From the NCBI GenBank assembly GCA_965205865.1, contig CBDBHR010000029.1:672001-736000 (forward strand): a stretch of 64,000 nucleotides of DNA. Reading direction: 5' to 3'. A program made the translations under genes and the position numbers. Within the stretch, counting starts at the first letter, position 1. Each line of letters starts with the position of its first letter. The DNA is from a bacterium. Its GTDB lineage: Bacteria > SAR324 > NAC60-12. This document shows, one piece after another, positions 11,333-21,956 of this stretch. Below the pieces are notes generated by a model. The model worked only from the letters and a program-made list of their open reading frames with translations. It had not been told where the DNA came from and did not search any database.

Positions 11333-12217
11333 ATGACAGAGAAACGAATCATCCGTTTTGACTGGGCTATCAAAACGGTCCTACGCGATAAAGCCAATTT
11401 TGATATTCTGGAAGGGTTTCTGACGGCTCTCCTCAAGGAAGAGATCCGCGTGGTTTCCCTTTTAGAGAGTGAGAGCAATAGCGCGGAGGAACAACAAAAG
11501 TTCAATCGGGTGGACCTACTGGTGAAGGATTCTCGAGACCGTCATTTAATTATTGAAATTCAAAATCAGCAGGAAGCGGATTATTTGGAAAGACTGCTCT
11601 TCGGAACCTCGAAGGTGATTGTCGAAAACCTGCCACTCGGAGAGACCTACGATCAGATCAAAAAAGTCATTTCCATCAGTATTCTATACTTCAACCTGGG
11701 TTTGGGAAAGGATTATGTTTATTATGGAAAGACGGAATTTCGTGGCATCCATAGCAATGATCTCTTAAAAATCCGTGAGAAAGTCAAAGGTCCTGATCAT
11801 CTCACTCATCTTCAAGCAAAAAAGAACCTCTTTCCTGAATACTACTTGATCCGTGTGGAGAGCTTCCAGGATATGATCGAAGCAGACTTGGATGAATGGA
11901 TCTATATGTTAAAACACGAATCCATCAAGTCGGAATTTAAATCGAAGCACATTCGTGAAGCCGGGAAAAAATTAGACCTTTTGAAAATGGGTTCTGAAGA
12001 ACGCAAACGTTATGAAAGGTATCTTATGCATTTGGTTTCGGAACGAGGAATCATCGAGACAGCAAAAGCAGAGGGGAGAGAAGAAGGAATCGAAAAAGGA
12101 ATCGAAAAAGGAATCGAAAAAGGAATCGCTGACATGGCAAGAGAAATGAAACAAAAAGGGATTGATCTAAAAATGATCAGTGAAATTTCCGGATTGTCTC
12201 CGGAGGAGATTGAATAA
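11333..12217 (+). CDS. Rpn family PD-(D/E)XK nuclease / putative transposase, copy 1
   Basis: RFDWAIK, NRVDLLV, IIEIQ, C-terminal EKGI repeats and ISEISGLS.EEI; ends 2 codons earlier than copies 2 and 3. Confidence 0.9.
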   Translation: MTEKRIIRFDWAIKTVLRDKANFDILEGFLTALLKEEIRVVSLLESESNSAEEQQKFNRVDLLVKDSRDRHLIIEIQNQQEADYLERLLFGTSKVIVENLPLGETYDQIKKVISISILYFNLGLGKDYVYYGKTEFRGIHSNDLLKIREKVKGPDHLTHLQAKKNLFPEYYLIRVESFQDMIEADLDEWIYMLKHESIKSEFKSKHIREAGKKLDLLKMGSEERKRYERYLMHLVSERGIIETAKAEGREEGIEKGIEKGIEKGIADMAREMKQKGIDLKMISEISGLSPEEIE

Positions 12218-12280
12218 TTATAAGATCCTCTTACTTCTTTCCTAAAACGAGCTAACCATCAGCTTTAGCCCACCAATCCG

Positions 12281-12500
12281 GTGAATGCGCTGTGGATGGT
12301 TCCCGGGACCCACCAGCAGGACGAGCTCGATATCGTCGCACGGATCCAGGCCAATGGGGGGTCGGATCGTCTCCCGGGGGCCGTCCCGATGCTGTGTCAA
12401 CCGGGCGATGTGGTGATCATGAACCGCCAGGTGTTGCATGGACCCTTTGCCAACACCTCGCCGGTCATGCGGGCGACTTAACAGTTTGGCTTTCACAGTA
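12281..12500 (+). pseudogene. Phytanoyl-CoA dioxygenase-family C-terminal fragment (module 1)
   Basis: LWMVPGTH..PGDVVIMNRQVLHG.FAN.S..RAT*QFGFH; no N-terminus, internal stop. Confidence 0.7.
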
Positions 12501-12756
12501 GAGAAGTCCGCGACCAGGCGTCCCCGCGCCTCACAGTAATGTGGGGTATAAAGCCGGATGGACCAAGAGTGTAGACCTCGTCATTGAGCCCCGAAAGCGA
12601 AGGATCATGTTGGAGGAAAGCCGACAGCCTTCAAGTGTCGGAAGGCAGCAGTCCGAGTGCGCATCAAAGGGCTGGCACAAGGACACCACCGAAAGGTCGA
12701 CCCCGCAGGCTCGAAGAGCGGGGCATGCGCTCATATGAGTAAAGTAAGCAAAAGTC
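12501..12756 (+). mobile_element. Group II intron domain I fragment (module 1)
   Basis: ATTGAGCCCCGAAA, GCCGAC..GGAAGGCAGCA and AGAGCGGGGCATG resemble domain I motifs; no GTGCG start and no domain V. Confidence 0.55.
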
Positions 12757-12863
12757 ACCCCGCAGACTTGACCCCTTTACTGAGCATCCCCCCAGTTGGG
12801 AACATCGGGTGGTAAGCCCAGTCCAAGGAAGCTCAGCGCGGCCTCCCACAAAGGGAGAGATTC

Positions 12864-13802
12864 CTACTGATGGAAGGGGTTGACCAGTCGGGCCAGGAGG
12901 CCTCGTTTGTGTTTCCTTGCGGCGCCGTAACTGCCCTCTCCGCCCCTGAGCCGGGGATCGAGCAGATCGCGCATGGCATCGCCGAACATGTTGAAGGAGT
13001 AGACGACAATCGTCAGGCAAAGCCCCGGCCACAGGGCTAGATGGGGCGCTATCTCCATGTACCTGCGACCTTCTCGGCTGAGCAGACCGCCCCAACTGGG
13101 AACACTGAGGGGCAGACCGAATCCCAGGAAGCTCAAAGAAGCCTCAGAGATAATCACCCCGCCGATGTTGATGGTGAAAATGATGAGGACGGGCGCCACA
13201 ATATTGGGCAGGACATGCTGGATAAATATTCTCTCCTGGGTGCAGCCAATCGCCTTGGCTGCCTGAAAATACACATTCTCTTTGATACCAATCACGGCGC
13301 TGCGGACAATTCTTGAGGCGCTGATGCCCCCGACGACCCCCAGGACCACGATGATCTGCAGGACCCCCCGTCCCACGATGGACATGATGGTCAACAGCAA
13401 GAGCAGTCCCGGAAAAGACATCCAGGCATCGACGAAGCGCTGCACCGCCAAGTCGAATTTACCGCCAATGAATCCTGAGAGACCGCCTATCAGGACACCG
13501 ACCCCCACATTGAGGGTGGTCGCCGCCAGACCGACCATTAAAGAAAGACGCGCCCCATAGATCAGGCGGCTCAGGAAGTCTCGCCCCAGATGGTCCGTCC
13601 CCAGCAGATACTTGGTGGATGCCCCCTGCAGCCTGTCTGCCGGGTGGACTTCCGCAAAGGGATAAGGGGCCAGCACCTCGGCAAAGATCGCCACCAGAAT
13701 AAAGAGCAATACAATCATCCCACTGAAGGCCCCCAGTGGCTTCTCCTTGAAAAGTCTGACAAAGAAATGAGCCAGTCGGCTCCGTCGCCTGGATTCACTC
13801 AT
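12864..13802 (-). CDS. Peptide/nickel ABC transporter permease (DppC/OppC-like)
   Basis: LGTDHLGRD, HVLPN, EASLSFLG.G, PSWG, GDAMRDLLDPR. Confidence 0.93.
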   Translation of the reverse strand: MSESRRRSRLAHFFVRLFKEKPLGAFSGMIVLLFILVAIFAEVLAPYPFAEVHPADRLQGASTKYLLGTDHLGRDFLSRLIYGARLSLMVGLAATTLNVGVGVLIGGLSGFIGGKFDLAVQRFVDAWMSFPGLLLLLTIMSIVGRGVLQIIVVLGVVGGISASRIVRSAVIGIKENVYFQAAKAIGCTQERIFIQHVLPNIVAPVLIIFTINIGGVIISEASLSFLGFGLPLSVPSWGGLLSREGRRYMEIAPHLALWPGLCLTIVVYSFNMFGDAMRDLLDPRLRGGEGSYGAARKHKRGLLARLVNPFHQ

Positions 13803-14793
13803 ACCGCACCCTCGGATCTAAATAAGGATAAATCAGGTCGATCAGGAGATTGATGGCCATCACCCCGGCGGCGAAAAACAGGTTGATTCCGGAGACCACC
13901 GGGTAGTCTCGGTCGTTGAGGGCTGTCAGCATCAGACCGCCCAACCCCGGCAGGTTGAAGATGTTCTCTATGATCACAGAGCCCCCAACCAGGATCGGCA
14001 ACTGCAGGCCAATCAGGGTCACCACCGGGATGAGGGCATTTTTGATGGTATGTCTGATCACCACGACCCGCTCCCTGAGCCCCTTGGACCAGGCCGTTCG
14101 GATGTAATCCTGCCGCAGCACCTCCAGCATCATGGTGCGTGTCATGCGCATGGTGGTTGCCGAAGCAGCCGTCCCCAGAATCACGCTGGGAATGAATAAC
14201 CCCTTGAGACTTCCCAGTGGGTCTTCGGTGAAAGGAATGTATACCAGAGGGGGCGCCCGGTCCCACCAGATTGCCGGGTATATCATGACCATCAGGGCCA
14301 GCCAGAAGTTAGGCGTGGCCAGGCCGATGATGGCGATGGAGCGTCCTGCGTAGTCGGCGGCGGTATCCTGGCGAATCGCCGAGTAGATGCCGACCGGCAG
14401 GGCTATGACGAGCCCGATTACGATGGCCATGACACCGAGCTCAATGGTTACCGGCAATCTACCTATTATCTTTTCCTCTACCGTCCAACTGCCCATCAGT
14501 GATTCGCCAAGGGTGCCCTGGAGGAGACCTTTAAAGTGGGACTCACCGGTAATCCAGTCAGGGGTTGGCAACACTCCTATCCAGCGTCCATACTGCACGT
14601 GGACGGGCACGTCTAATCCCAGCATATGCACAAGAGCTTCACGGTCAAGGAAGACAGCCTGGTAGCTCAGCCTGCCCAACATTGCGTCTATTGTATCGCC
14701 CGGGATGAAACGGGCCGAGAGAAAGACGAGGATGGTCAATATAAACAAGGTGGGGATTATCAGCAATAACCGCCTGATAATATAGGTTCTCAT
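13795..14793 (-). CDS. Peptide/nickel ABC transporter permease (DppB/OppB-like)
   Basis: YIIRRLL, PGD, DYIRTAWSKGL EAA motif, DPRVRY. Confidence 0.93.
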   Translation of the reverse strand: MRTYIIRRLLLIIPTLFILTILVFLSARFIPGDTIDAMLGRLSYQAVFLDREALVHMLGLDVPVHVQYGRWIGVLPTPDWITGESHFKGLLQGTLGESLMGSWTVEEKIIGRLPVTIELGVMAIVIGLVIALPVGIYSAIRQDTAADYAGRSIAIIGLATPNFWLALMVMIYPAIWWDRAPPLVYIPFTEDPLGSLKGLFIPSVILGTAASATTMRMTRTMMLEVLRQDYIRTAWSKGLRERVVVIRHTIKNALIPVVTLIGLQLPILVGGSVIIENIFNLPGLGGLMLTALNDRDYPVVSGINLFFAAGVMAINLLIDLIYPYLDPRVRYE

Positions 14794-14822
14794 GTCACGC
14801 TACTCCTCCTATAATACTCTAG

Positions 14823-15800
14823 CTATGTGTCTGTTAACGCCAGGCTGTAGTACTCAGGTTTCGATCTTACCTCTTTAATGAAATCGGCCACTATCTTTTC
14901 GAAATCCGCATACAATGGCTTCCACCCCCATTCCTCACGAGCCCGGCTATCATCGATATTATTGATACTGCGGTAATAATCCATGACCCATGGGTCCGGC
15001 TTATAGGTAAATTTAGCTTCCGGAATGAACTTCTTTATAGCCAGTTCTACCTCCTTGGCCGTTAGTGATGGGAAGACCCCTACTACGTTATAGCAGACGG
15101 TCTCTATTTGCTCTTTTGGTGCATCATACAGCATTTGCGTGGCCCGCATCGCATCTTCATAGTACAGGACAGGAAGTTTGGTGTCTTCGCTGACAGGACA
15201 TTCAGCAGGCCTGCCCAGGGCCGCACTTTGAATCATCCAGGCAATATATTGCAGTTTCTTACTGATCCTAACACTGGGACCAAAGATGTTGGGGTATCGT
15301 ATGCAGCGAAAGTCAAGGTCAAATTTCTTCCGATAGAATCTGCCAATAAGCTCACCATATACCTTGGTTACACCGTACACGCTAGCAGGCCGTTGTAGTG
15401 TCTCATCGGTGATAGTTTCAGTAGGTATTCCCAGCCCATAGGTCATTATACTGCTGGTAAACACCACCCGCTTTACCCCGAAGAGTCGCGCCGCTTCCAG
15501 GACATTCATTATTCCGGCGACATTCCCTTCATAAACGGCCCAGGGGTTCGCGTAATTTTTGGAGCTCGGTATATTTCCAAGGTGAAATACGCCTTCTACG
15601 TTATTTTCCTTGACAACATTCAACACTTCAGGCCAGACCTTTTGGTCTCCCTGGACAACCTTTACGTTATTCTTGATATCCGCCACGCCCTCTATTTGCG
15701 GAGCGATGTCAAACAATATGAGGTCTTCGCCCCTCTCTACCAGTCTATGTGCCAGGCCAGTACCAACCCAACCTGTTCCGCCGGTAATAAGTATAGACAT
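14823..15800 (-). CDS. NAD-dependent epimerase/dehydratase (extended SDR, threonine dehydrogenase-like)
   Basis: TGGTGWVG Rossmann motif, YGVTK catalytic motif, DFRCIRYP. Confidence 0.88.
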   Translation of the reverse strand: MSILITGGTGWVGTGLAHRLVERGEDLILFDIAPQIEGVADIKNNVKVVQGDQKVWPEVLNVVKENNVEGVFHLGNIPSSKNYANPWAVYEGNVAGIMNVLEAARLFGVKRVVFTSSIMTYGLGIPTETITDETLQRPASVYGVTKVYGELIGRFYRKKFDLDFRCIRYPNIFGPSVRISKKLQYIAWMIQSAALGRPAECPVSEDTKLPVLYYEDAMRATQMLYDAPKEQIETVCYNVVGVFPSLTAKEVELAIKKFIPEAKFTYKPDPWVMDYYRSINNIDDSRAREEWGWKPLYADFEKIVADFIKEVRSKPEYYSLALTDT

Positions 15801-15892
15801 CCTTCTATGCTTCCTTAATTAATATTTCCCTCTTGCTGAAAAAATGGCGTAAATAAGAAACTATCTAACCAACTATTTCACTATTCAATGAG

Positions 15893-15928
15893 AAGGGAGC
15901 TGGGAAGCCTGAGCCCCCCAGCTCCCTT
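15893..15928. terminator. 12-bp perfect hairpin downstream of the substrate-binding protein gene (terminator or mRNA stabiliser)
   Basis: AAGGGAGCTGGG..CCCAGCTCCCTT. Confidence 0.55.
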
Positions 15929-15958
15929 AGACGTTTCAGTTATCCCCGAGACCAGGCA

Positions 15959-17749
15959 CTAATGACCCATGGCTTTCTTCAGCTCACTATCAATCCAGAG
16001 ACGGGCGAAGAGGTTAGCATATCTATTATTAACCCCCAAGTCATATTCACCGTTGAAACCTATAACCCACGGCTGGTACACCAGAAAGTTTGGAACTCTA
16101 GGACCCCACCAGAACCAGTGGTTCTCTAACGCGTACATATTGATCTCTTTAGACAACCTGATTTTCTCTTCCATGTCCAGAGTGGCTCCGGCGGCGTCCA
16201 TCATGGCGTCCAGTTCCGGGATGCTAATCCCCGGGTAGTTCGCTATTGCATCCGTGTAAAGATGTGCCTGGAAAACATTAAGGGGGTCGGTATAATCGAA
16301 GCCCATCGCCAATCCACCGGCCAGACCTTTAAAAAGTTGGTTACGTATATTAGCTATAAAAGTGGCGCTCTCGAGTACCATGACCTCTACATCAACGCCA
16401 ATCTCACGCCAGTACGCAGCGTATAATTCATCATCGCCTGGATCGAGACCGGTCCCGATTTGCAAGACGGTCTTGAATCTAATGCCATCCGCGCCGCGCG
16501 GATATCCAGCCGCATCAAGCAACGCTTCTGCCCCTTCCGGGTCATAGATATAGTATTGCTTGACCTCTTCAGGCCACTCTTCAAATGGGACGAAATAATC
16601 CGTAAGGCCTGTCCCTATAAACCCCTGAGGTATCCAATCTGCAAGACCCTTATAGTAGGTCTGGTTCATTGACTCAAGGTCCAGTGCCATCTGCATCGCG
16701 TGGCGCACCCTGATGTCGTCAAAGGGCGGCTTCGTAGTGTTATAGGCACCAGACGTCTCCGACCGAATCGAAAAAGGCCAGAACACGAGTTCGGGGTTGG
16801 TCTCCTTGAGCCTCTCCGCCGTGTCGATAGATCCTATTTGAGCACCTCCACTATTTTCCAGGAAATCGACCACACCCGTGCGCAGTGCCGCTATTCGTGT
16901 TGCCTCTTCTCTCATAAGCAGAGATATGGTCTCGTCAACATAGGGCAGGCGGTTCTCCGGGTATTTTTCGTCAAAGCCCCAGTAGTCAGGATTCTTGATC
17001 CAGGTGATAGAGACGTCATCGGTAAAGTCAGTCAGCATAAAGGGCCCGGTGCCGACCATGTTCCTCCAGTCCGCAACATCACCGTGTTCCTCGATTACCT
17101 CGGGGGAGTTTATAGCAGCACGGGAGTTGAGGAGGATATCACTCAGTCCAGCGAGGGATGGCTTCTCGAGCTTAAAAACAACCGTCCAATCGTCGGTGGC
17201 CGTTACCGATTCGAATCTCGCTGAGAATCTATGTGCTGGGGTAGGTCCGGCTTCACTGAACTTGCCCAGTCCCATTAGACGCTGCCAGTTATATACGACA
17301 TCATCGGCAGTTAGCTCCCGACCGTTCACCGGTGCCTTATTATGCCAGCGAACGCCCTTCCGGATGTGGAAGATTATCGTTGTGTCGTCGGGCGTTTCCC
17401 AGCTTTCCGCCAGCACCCCTTTCATGTTAGACATAGGTACGAACATGCTCTTGAGGTTAAAGACACTCCTGTCCACTCCCCAGTCCGCGATTGCTAGCCT
17501 CTGTACAACGCCGGAGGTGAGGACAGTCCCGCCAGAGAACCAGGAATCACTAGTCGGAGGTTCGGAGATACGAGCCCAGGTTAATGTCCCGCCATACTCT
17601 GGCGCGCTCACCACCTTGCCGGTGGTGGGGTCGGTCACATACTTCTTCTCCGCAGCAACGGCTGCCAAACCAGTCCAAAGGACGATCAGACCCAGGATGA
17701 GGGCCAGCAGGGTTCCACTGAAGGTTGATTTGCTTCTTATCTTTTTCAT
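15959..17749 (-). CDS. ABC transporter substrate-binding protein, family 5
   Basis: Signal peptide, LAESWE, GVRWH..GRELTADDV, GTGPF, PFDDIRVR; start at MKKIRS. Confidence 0.93.
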   Translation of the reverse strand: MKKIRSKSTFSGTLLALILGLIVLWTGLAAVAAEKKYVTDPTTGKVVSAPEYGGTLTWARISEPPTSDSWFSGGTVLTSGVVQRLAIADWGVDRSVFNLKSMFVPMSNMKGVLAESWETPDDTTIIFHIRKGVRWHNKAPVNGRELTADDVVYNWQRLMGLGKFSEAGPTPAHRFSARFESVTATDDWTVVFKLEKPSLAGLSDILLNSRAAINSPEVIEEHGDVADWRNMVGTGPFMLTDFTDDVSITWIKNPDYWGFDEKYPENRLPYVDETISLLMREEATRIAALRTGVVDFLENSGGAQIGSIDTAERLKETNPELVFWPFSIRSETSGAYNTTKPPFDDIRVRHAMQMALDLESMNQTYYKGLADWIPQGFIGTGLTDYFVPFEEWPEEVKQYYIYDPEGAEALLDAAGYPRGADGIRFKTVLQIGTGLDPGDDELYAAYWREIGVDVEVMVLESATFIANIRNQLFKGLAGGLAMGFDYTDPLNVFQAHLYTDAIANYPGISIPELDAMMDAAGATLDMEEKIRLSKEINMYALENHWFWWGPRVPNFLVYQPWVIGFNGEYDLGVNNRYANLFARLWIDSELKKAMGH

Positions 17750-17917
17750 GATAATTTCCTTTCCCAATACGATTGAATTAAACAGGGATTTCGAAAGTGA
17801 TTTCGTCCCCCTACCCTGGCTTCTCTTAATTTTTTCATGATAATTTCCTTTCCCAATACGATTGAATTAAACAGGGATTTCGAAAGTGATTTCGTCCCCC
17901 TACCCTGGCTTCTCTTA
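17742..17917. repeat. 89-bp tandem duplication covering the RBS and start codon of the substrate-binding protein gene
   Basis: TTTTTCATGATAATTTCC..CTTCTCTTA occurs twice, period 89. Confidence 0.9.
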
Positions 17918-18240
17918 TTTTTGGTCATCTCCATAATTTTTCCTTTCTTGTTATGTAACTATTCAGGTCTCTGAAAAACCCGTTCGATATATTTCGTTAG
18001 AGTAAGGAGCGTATTTGCCGCGTTCCTGCTGCTCTGCGGAGTGCTCTACAAATTCCCCATTGGCCTTCCGTTCCAGGAATTTGGAACGTGGGATTTGGGG
18101 CTTGGAACTGGGAAACTTAAGGATCTCTCCCCCTCGGACTGGGCGCCGCCGTTGAGACGATACCAAAGGGTAGAACTTGTGATTTGTGAATTGGAGTTTG
18201 TGATTGGGAACGTTGAGCTTGTTGCTCGGATCTAATTATA

Positions 18241-18307
18241 CTGGGAGCTGGGAGCTGGGAGCTGGGAGCTGGGAGCTGGGAGCTGGGAGCTGGGAGCTGG
18301 GAGCTGG
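18241..18307 (+). repeat. Heptamer tandem repeat (CTGGGAG)x9
   Basis: Read directly from the sequence. Confidence 0.95.
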
Positions 18308-19340
18308 CTTTTAAGTTTACTTTCATATCCACCTCATTTTCAAGATGCTTTTATACTTGAAACGGTTTAATTTCAGACTTTCATGTCATCCTGAGGAATT
18401 ATTATGATTAAATCAACACAAAAATGCATTTGGCTCTCTTTTTTGTTAACAGCACTGACAAAGTGTAGCAAAAACGTTAGTATCAACGGACAATATTGCT
18501 CTTCTGTCCCTGGAATAATATTTATAATCGCTCTGCAAATGTTTGTCAAGTATTTAAGGCTATCTGTTCTCAGCTAACCATTTTCACTGACAAAAAAACG
18601 GTATATCAATATGATTCAAAAACTGATAGCTGACAGCAGACGGCTAAAAGCCATTTCGAGACAGCAACTATTTAATGATAATATTTTATAACTAGCAATA
18701 AATCAACTCTTTTTCTTAAGACATATCCGATTAGTCATTTAAAGCAATTTTATCTCATATTGATCTAGAAATAGTATAATCGATCTGCAAATGTATCAAG
18801 ATTTTTTAAATATGGCGACTCATTCATTCATGAGTGTCTTCTGATGATCAACGAAAATATTTTTTCATATTGAGATCCAGAAGTCAACATTTTTGGCACT
18901 TTTCCATTCCCCGTTGACCGTTTCTAAAAATCCTCTGGTGAGGATATGGGTTTTTACATGACTTTCGGCTAAATAATATGAGCGAAATTGAAATAAAACC
19001 TTCATCCAAAGATGATTTCTTGAAATCTATCAAAAAAGAAATAGAAAGACAAGCCGAAATTCTTAAAAACCTTAAGCCCAAGGCGTTTTCGTGAGAACTA
19101 TCAAAATTGCCCTTCCGTCGGCCCAAAGCGTATTCGTTGAAACTTATCAAAAGAGAAAACGAAAAACAAGCAGCCTTTCTTAAAATCCTTCAGCCAAAGG
19201 CGATTTCTTGAAAACTATCACAAAAGAAAAAGAAAGACCAGCAGCCATAAAGACGATTTCTTGAAAACTATCACAAAAGAACGATGATGGCAAAATCCTG
19301 GTAGATTTCATGATCCCCTTCAGTATCCTCTCTATATAAC

Positions 19341-19598
19341 AATATTCAGAGGAGGTCAATCGATTTTTTTTTGCTCACCTTGATTCCTCAGTAGCGAGTG
19401 CTTGTCTCATCCTGGAGTTGATCCTCGCTGCTCTCTGTCTCAGTCCTTGAAAATAGCGAAGGCATCCTTGCAGCACAATATAAAAATATTTAGAGGATGT
19501 CAATAGATTTTTTTTGCTCATCTTAACTCCTCAGTGGCGAGTGCTTGTCTCATCCTGGACTTGATCCTCGCTCTTCTCTGTGTCAGTCCTTGAAAATA
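19341..19598. repeat. Diverged direct repeat of about 115 bp, period about 143
   Basis: GCGAGTGCTTGTCTCATCCTGGA.TTGATCCTCGCT..CAGTCCTTGAAAATA occurs twice. Confidence 0.8.
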
Positions 19599-20059
19599 CT
19601 GGGCAATCCTGCCCTTCCCGGAACGAAAAGCATGGGATTCAGGGCGAATCATTTCAAGGACAGATGCCCACTCGGTAGGCGTTTCGATGGTCCACTGAGA
19701 TAACTGGGAAAACTCTTTCCGTTCTGCAATGCTGAGGACTTTCCTCTTTTGGAAAAATACTTCTAACAGTTTTGAAATACATATGAAGTATTCTTTGTTC
19801 TGTACACAGAATCAATGACACAGTCACCGGGATTGCTTGAATTATTTCAAACTGAGAAACTGACTCAGAGTTGTAAATAATTCAGATACTTTTTCTAAGT
19901 ATTTGAAATGATTTATTTTCAATTTATTAAGAATTAAAAAAATGTCAGAACCATTGTTGGAAGAAGGCAAAGTTATTTTTCTCGATGGGTTTGTCTGTTC
20001 GGTTCCTTTTGACCGGAGACTCCCCTTATCTTTCAAGGGATTGCGGGAAAATCTACCAG

Positions 20060-20160
20060 GATGTTGCCTTCAGAGAGCAAGTGGCGATAAAGCTGATGAA
20101 ATCATGGAGGATTTTCCGAATTGGAAGGCAGAGGATATTGAGGCTTGTCTCGCCACTGAA
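20060..20160 (+). pseudogene. DUF433-like fragment
   Basis: DEIMEDFPNWKAEDIEACL resembles the DUF433 C-terminus; the rest of the ORF is not recognisable. Confidence 0.35.
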
Positions 20161-20355
20161 CTTTGTCGGATGTGGATGCGCATTGGGCATCCATCATCAG
20201 TGAGGGGGGATCGGGCAAAAGGTAGATAACAGTGAACAGTGAGAACCCTTAAGCAGTGGCGGAAGCTTTATTCTCATTGACAAATACTCAGGTTGGATTA
20301 CCATTAATCTTGAAAATTCGGTGATAATCAAAGTAATTTCAATGAAAAAAGGCAA

Positions 20356-21498
20356 ATGATTCCACGTATTCAAGAGACAGCAGAGCTCCAATCCCGTCTC
20401 AAGTATTTCAAAGTTACAGCATTGCTGGGCCCCCGGCAATCTGGGAAAACGACTCTGGCCCGGCAATTTCAGGCGGATCATTATTTTGATTTGGAGAACC
20501 CGCAGACCTTGGCGCAATTTCAGAACCCGCAACTGACCTTGGAGCGATGCCAGGGATTGATTGTCATTGATGAAGTGCAACGCAAGCCGGATCTATTTGC
20601 TTTGATTCGTTATCTGGTGGACACAAACTTCAAGCAGCATTATTTGATCTTAGGCAGCGCCAGTCGTGATTTAATTCGCCAGAGTTCAGAAAGTCTGGCA
20701 GGGCGGATATCGTATTATACCCTTTTGGGGTTTCGTAAAGAAGATGTGCAGACTGATGAGTTGGAACAATTATGGTTACGAGGCGGGTTGCCTCCTTCCT
20801 TTTTAGCAGAAGATGAGGCAGTCAGTATGCAATGGAGAGAGGATTACATCCAGACTTTTCTGGAAAGAGATATTCCTGGATTGGGCATCCGGATTGCCGC
20901 GGAAACCTTGCGGCGTTTTTGGCAAATGGTGAGTCATTATCATGGGAACATCCTCAATTTTTCAGAATTGGGACAATCCTTCGGGATTGCGGACACCACG
21001 GTCCGGCATTATACGGATATATTGAAGGGCACTTTCATGATTCGGGTTTTGCCACCTTGGCATGCCAATATTGGGAAGCGTTTGGTCAAAAGACCAAAGT
21101 TGTATTTTAGGGATTCCGGCCTTTTTCATGCGCTGCTCTCCGTTGGCAGCTCCCTTGCCCTCCATACCCATCCTAAGTTGGGCAGTTCCTGGGAAGGGTT
21201 TGCTCTAGATTGTGTGTGGCGGAGTGTGGGTAAATCGGACGAACAGGCATTTTTTTGGGCGACCCATTCGGGGGCGGAAGTGGATTTATTTTGGCAGCAT
21301 GAAGGGAAAGGATGGGCGTGTGAATTCAAATACACCGACGCGCCGACTTTGACAAAGTCCATGATTTCTGCCCTCTCCAGCCTTCAGTTGGAAAAACTCT
21401 GGGTGGTCTATCCCGGAAAAACCCGCTATCCCCTCCACGAGAAGGTGGAGGTGCTCCCCTTGCAGGACATTCCTGCCCGTTGGGTATATAAGACATAG
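20356..21498 (+). CDS. AAA+ ATPase (AAA_14) with DUF4143 domain
   Basis: GPRQSGKT, IDEVQ, SESLAGR, PKLYFRDSG, GAEVDL..CEFK. Confidence 0.9.
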   Translation: MIPRIQETAELQSRLKYFKVTALLGPRQSGKTTLARQFQADHYFDLENPQTLAQFQNPQLTLERCQGLIVIDEVQRKPDLFALIRYLVDTNFKQHYLILGSASRDLIRQSSESLAGRISYYTLLGFRKEDVQTDELEQLWLRGGLPPSFLAEDEAVSMQWREDYIQTFLERDIPGLGIRIAAETLRRFWQMVSHYHGNILNFSELGQSFGIADTTVRHYTDILKGTFMIRVLPPWHANIGKRLVKRPKLYFRDSGLFHALLSVGSSLALHTHPKLGSSWEGFALDCVWRSVGKSDEQAFFWATHSGAEVDLFWQHEGKGWACEFKYTDAPTLTKSMISALSSLQLEKLWVVYPGKTRYPLHEKVEVLPLQDIPARWVYKT

Positions 21499-21525
21499 AG
21501 TCATTCATCATGAATATCGAGGAAA

Positions 21526-21636
21526 GGGGGACATGTACACCGCTGCGCATCCCAACTCTACTGTTTTATGCCTGCTGTTACGTGTCCCCTAATTTTGCGT
21601 ATCCATACTTCTAACTTATTTAAATTTCATTCCTTA
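21526..21636 (+). repeat. GGGGACA-type palindromic element, partial copy A
   Basis: Near-identical to 42696-42801. Confidence 0.8.
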
Positions 21637-21956
21637 GTTATTTAACTGAGATTTCAGTTCAGTGAGAATATTTTGCAATTCACCACCGTCTTTCTGGTTT
21701 AGTTCTTCTAAAGGGCTAACAGGCTGCTTCAGCAAGTCTTGTACCATTTGAATTTGGCTGACCAATCTTTCCTTTCTTCCTCTTTTCTGTCCCCTTCATG
21801 AAAGAGGGTTCTCTTTTTATCCTCTTCTGAAGAAAATGAGGTCAGCTTCCACATTGGTTTCCATTCAAAAAATGAGAAATCACATGAAGAACTGGTAAAA
21901 ACGAGTGGAGGTGATTATACTCAAATGCCAATGTCCAACCAATCGGAGCGAAAACT

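Noticed and set aside
12541-12758. Short ORFs in the Rpn-module tails and in the intron RNAs (also 45329-46283, 53764-54433, 56029-57194)
   Set aside because: They overlap structured intron sequence and vary by indels between copies, so they are probably non-coding.
16995-17840. Long antisense ORFs over GC-rich genes (also 24294-25178 and 25576-26229)
   Set aside because: Shadow frames of well-supported opposite-strand genes.
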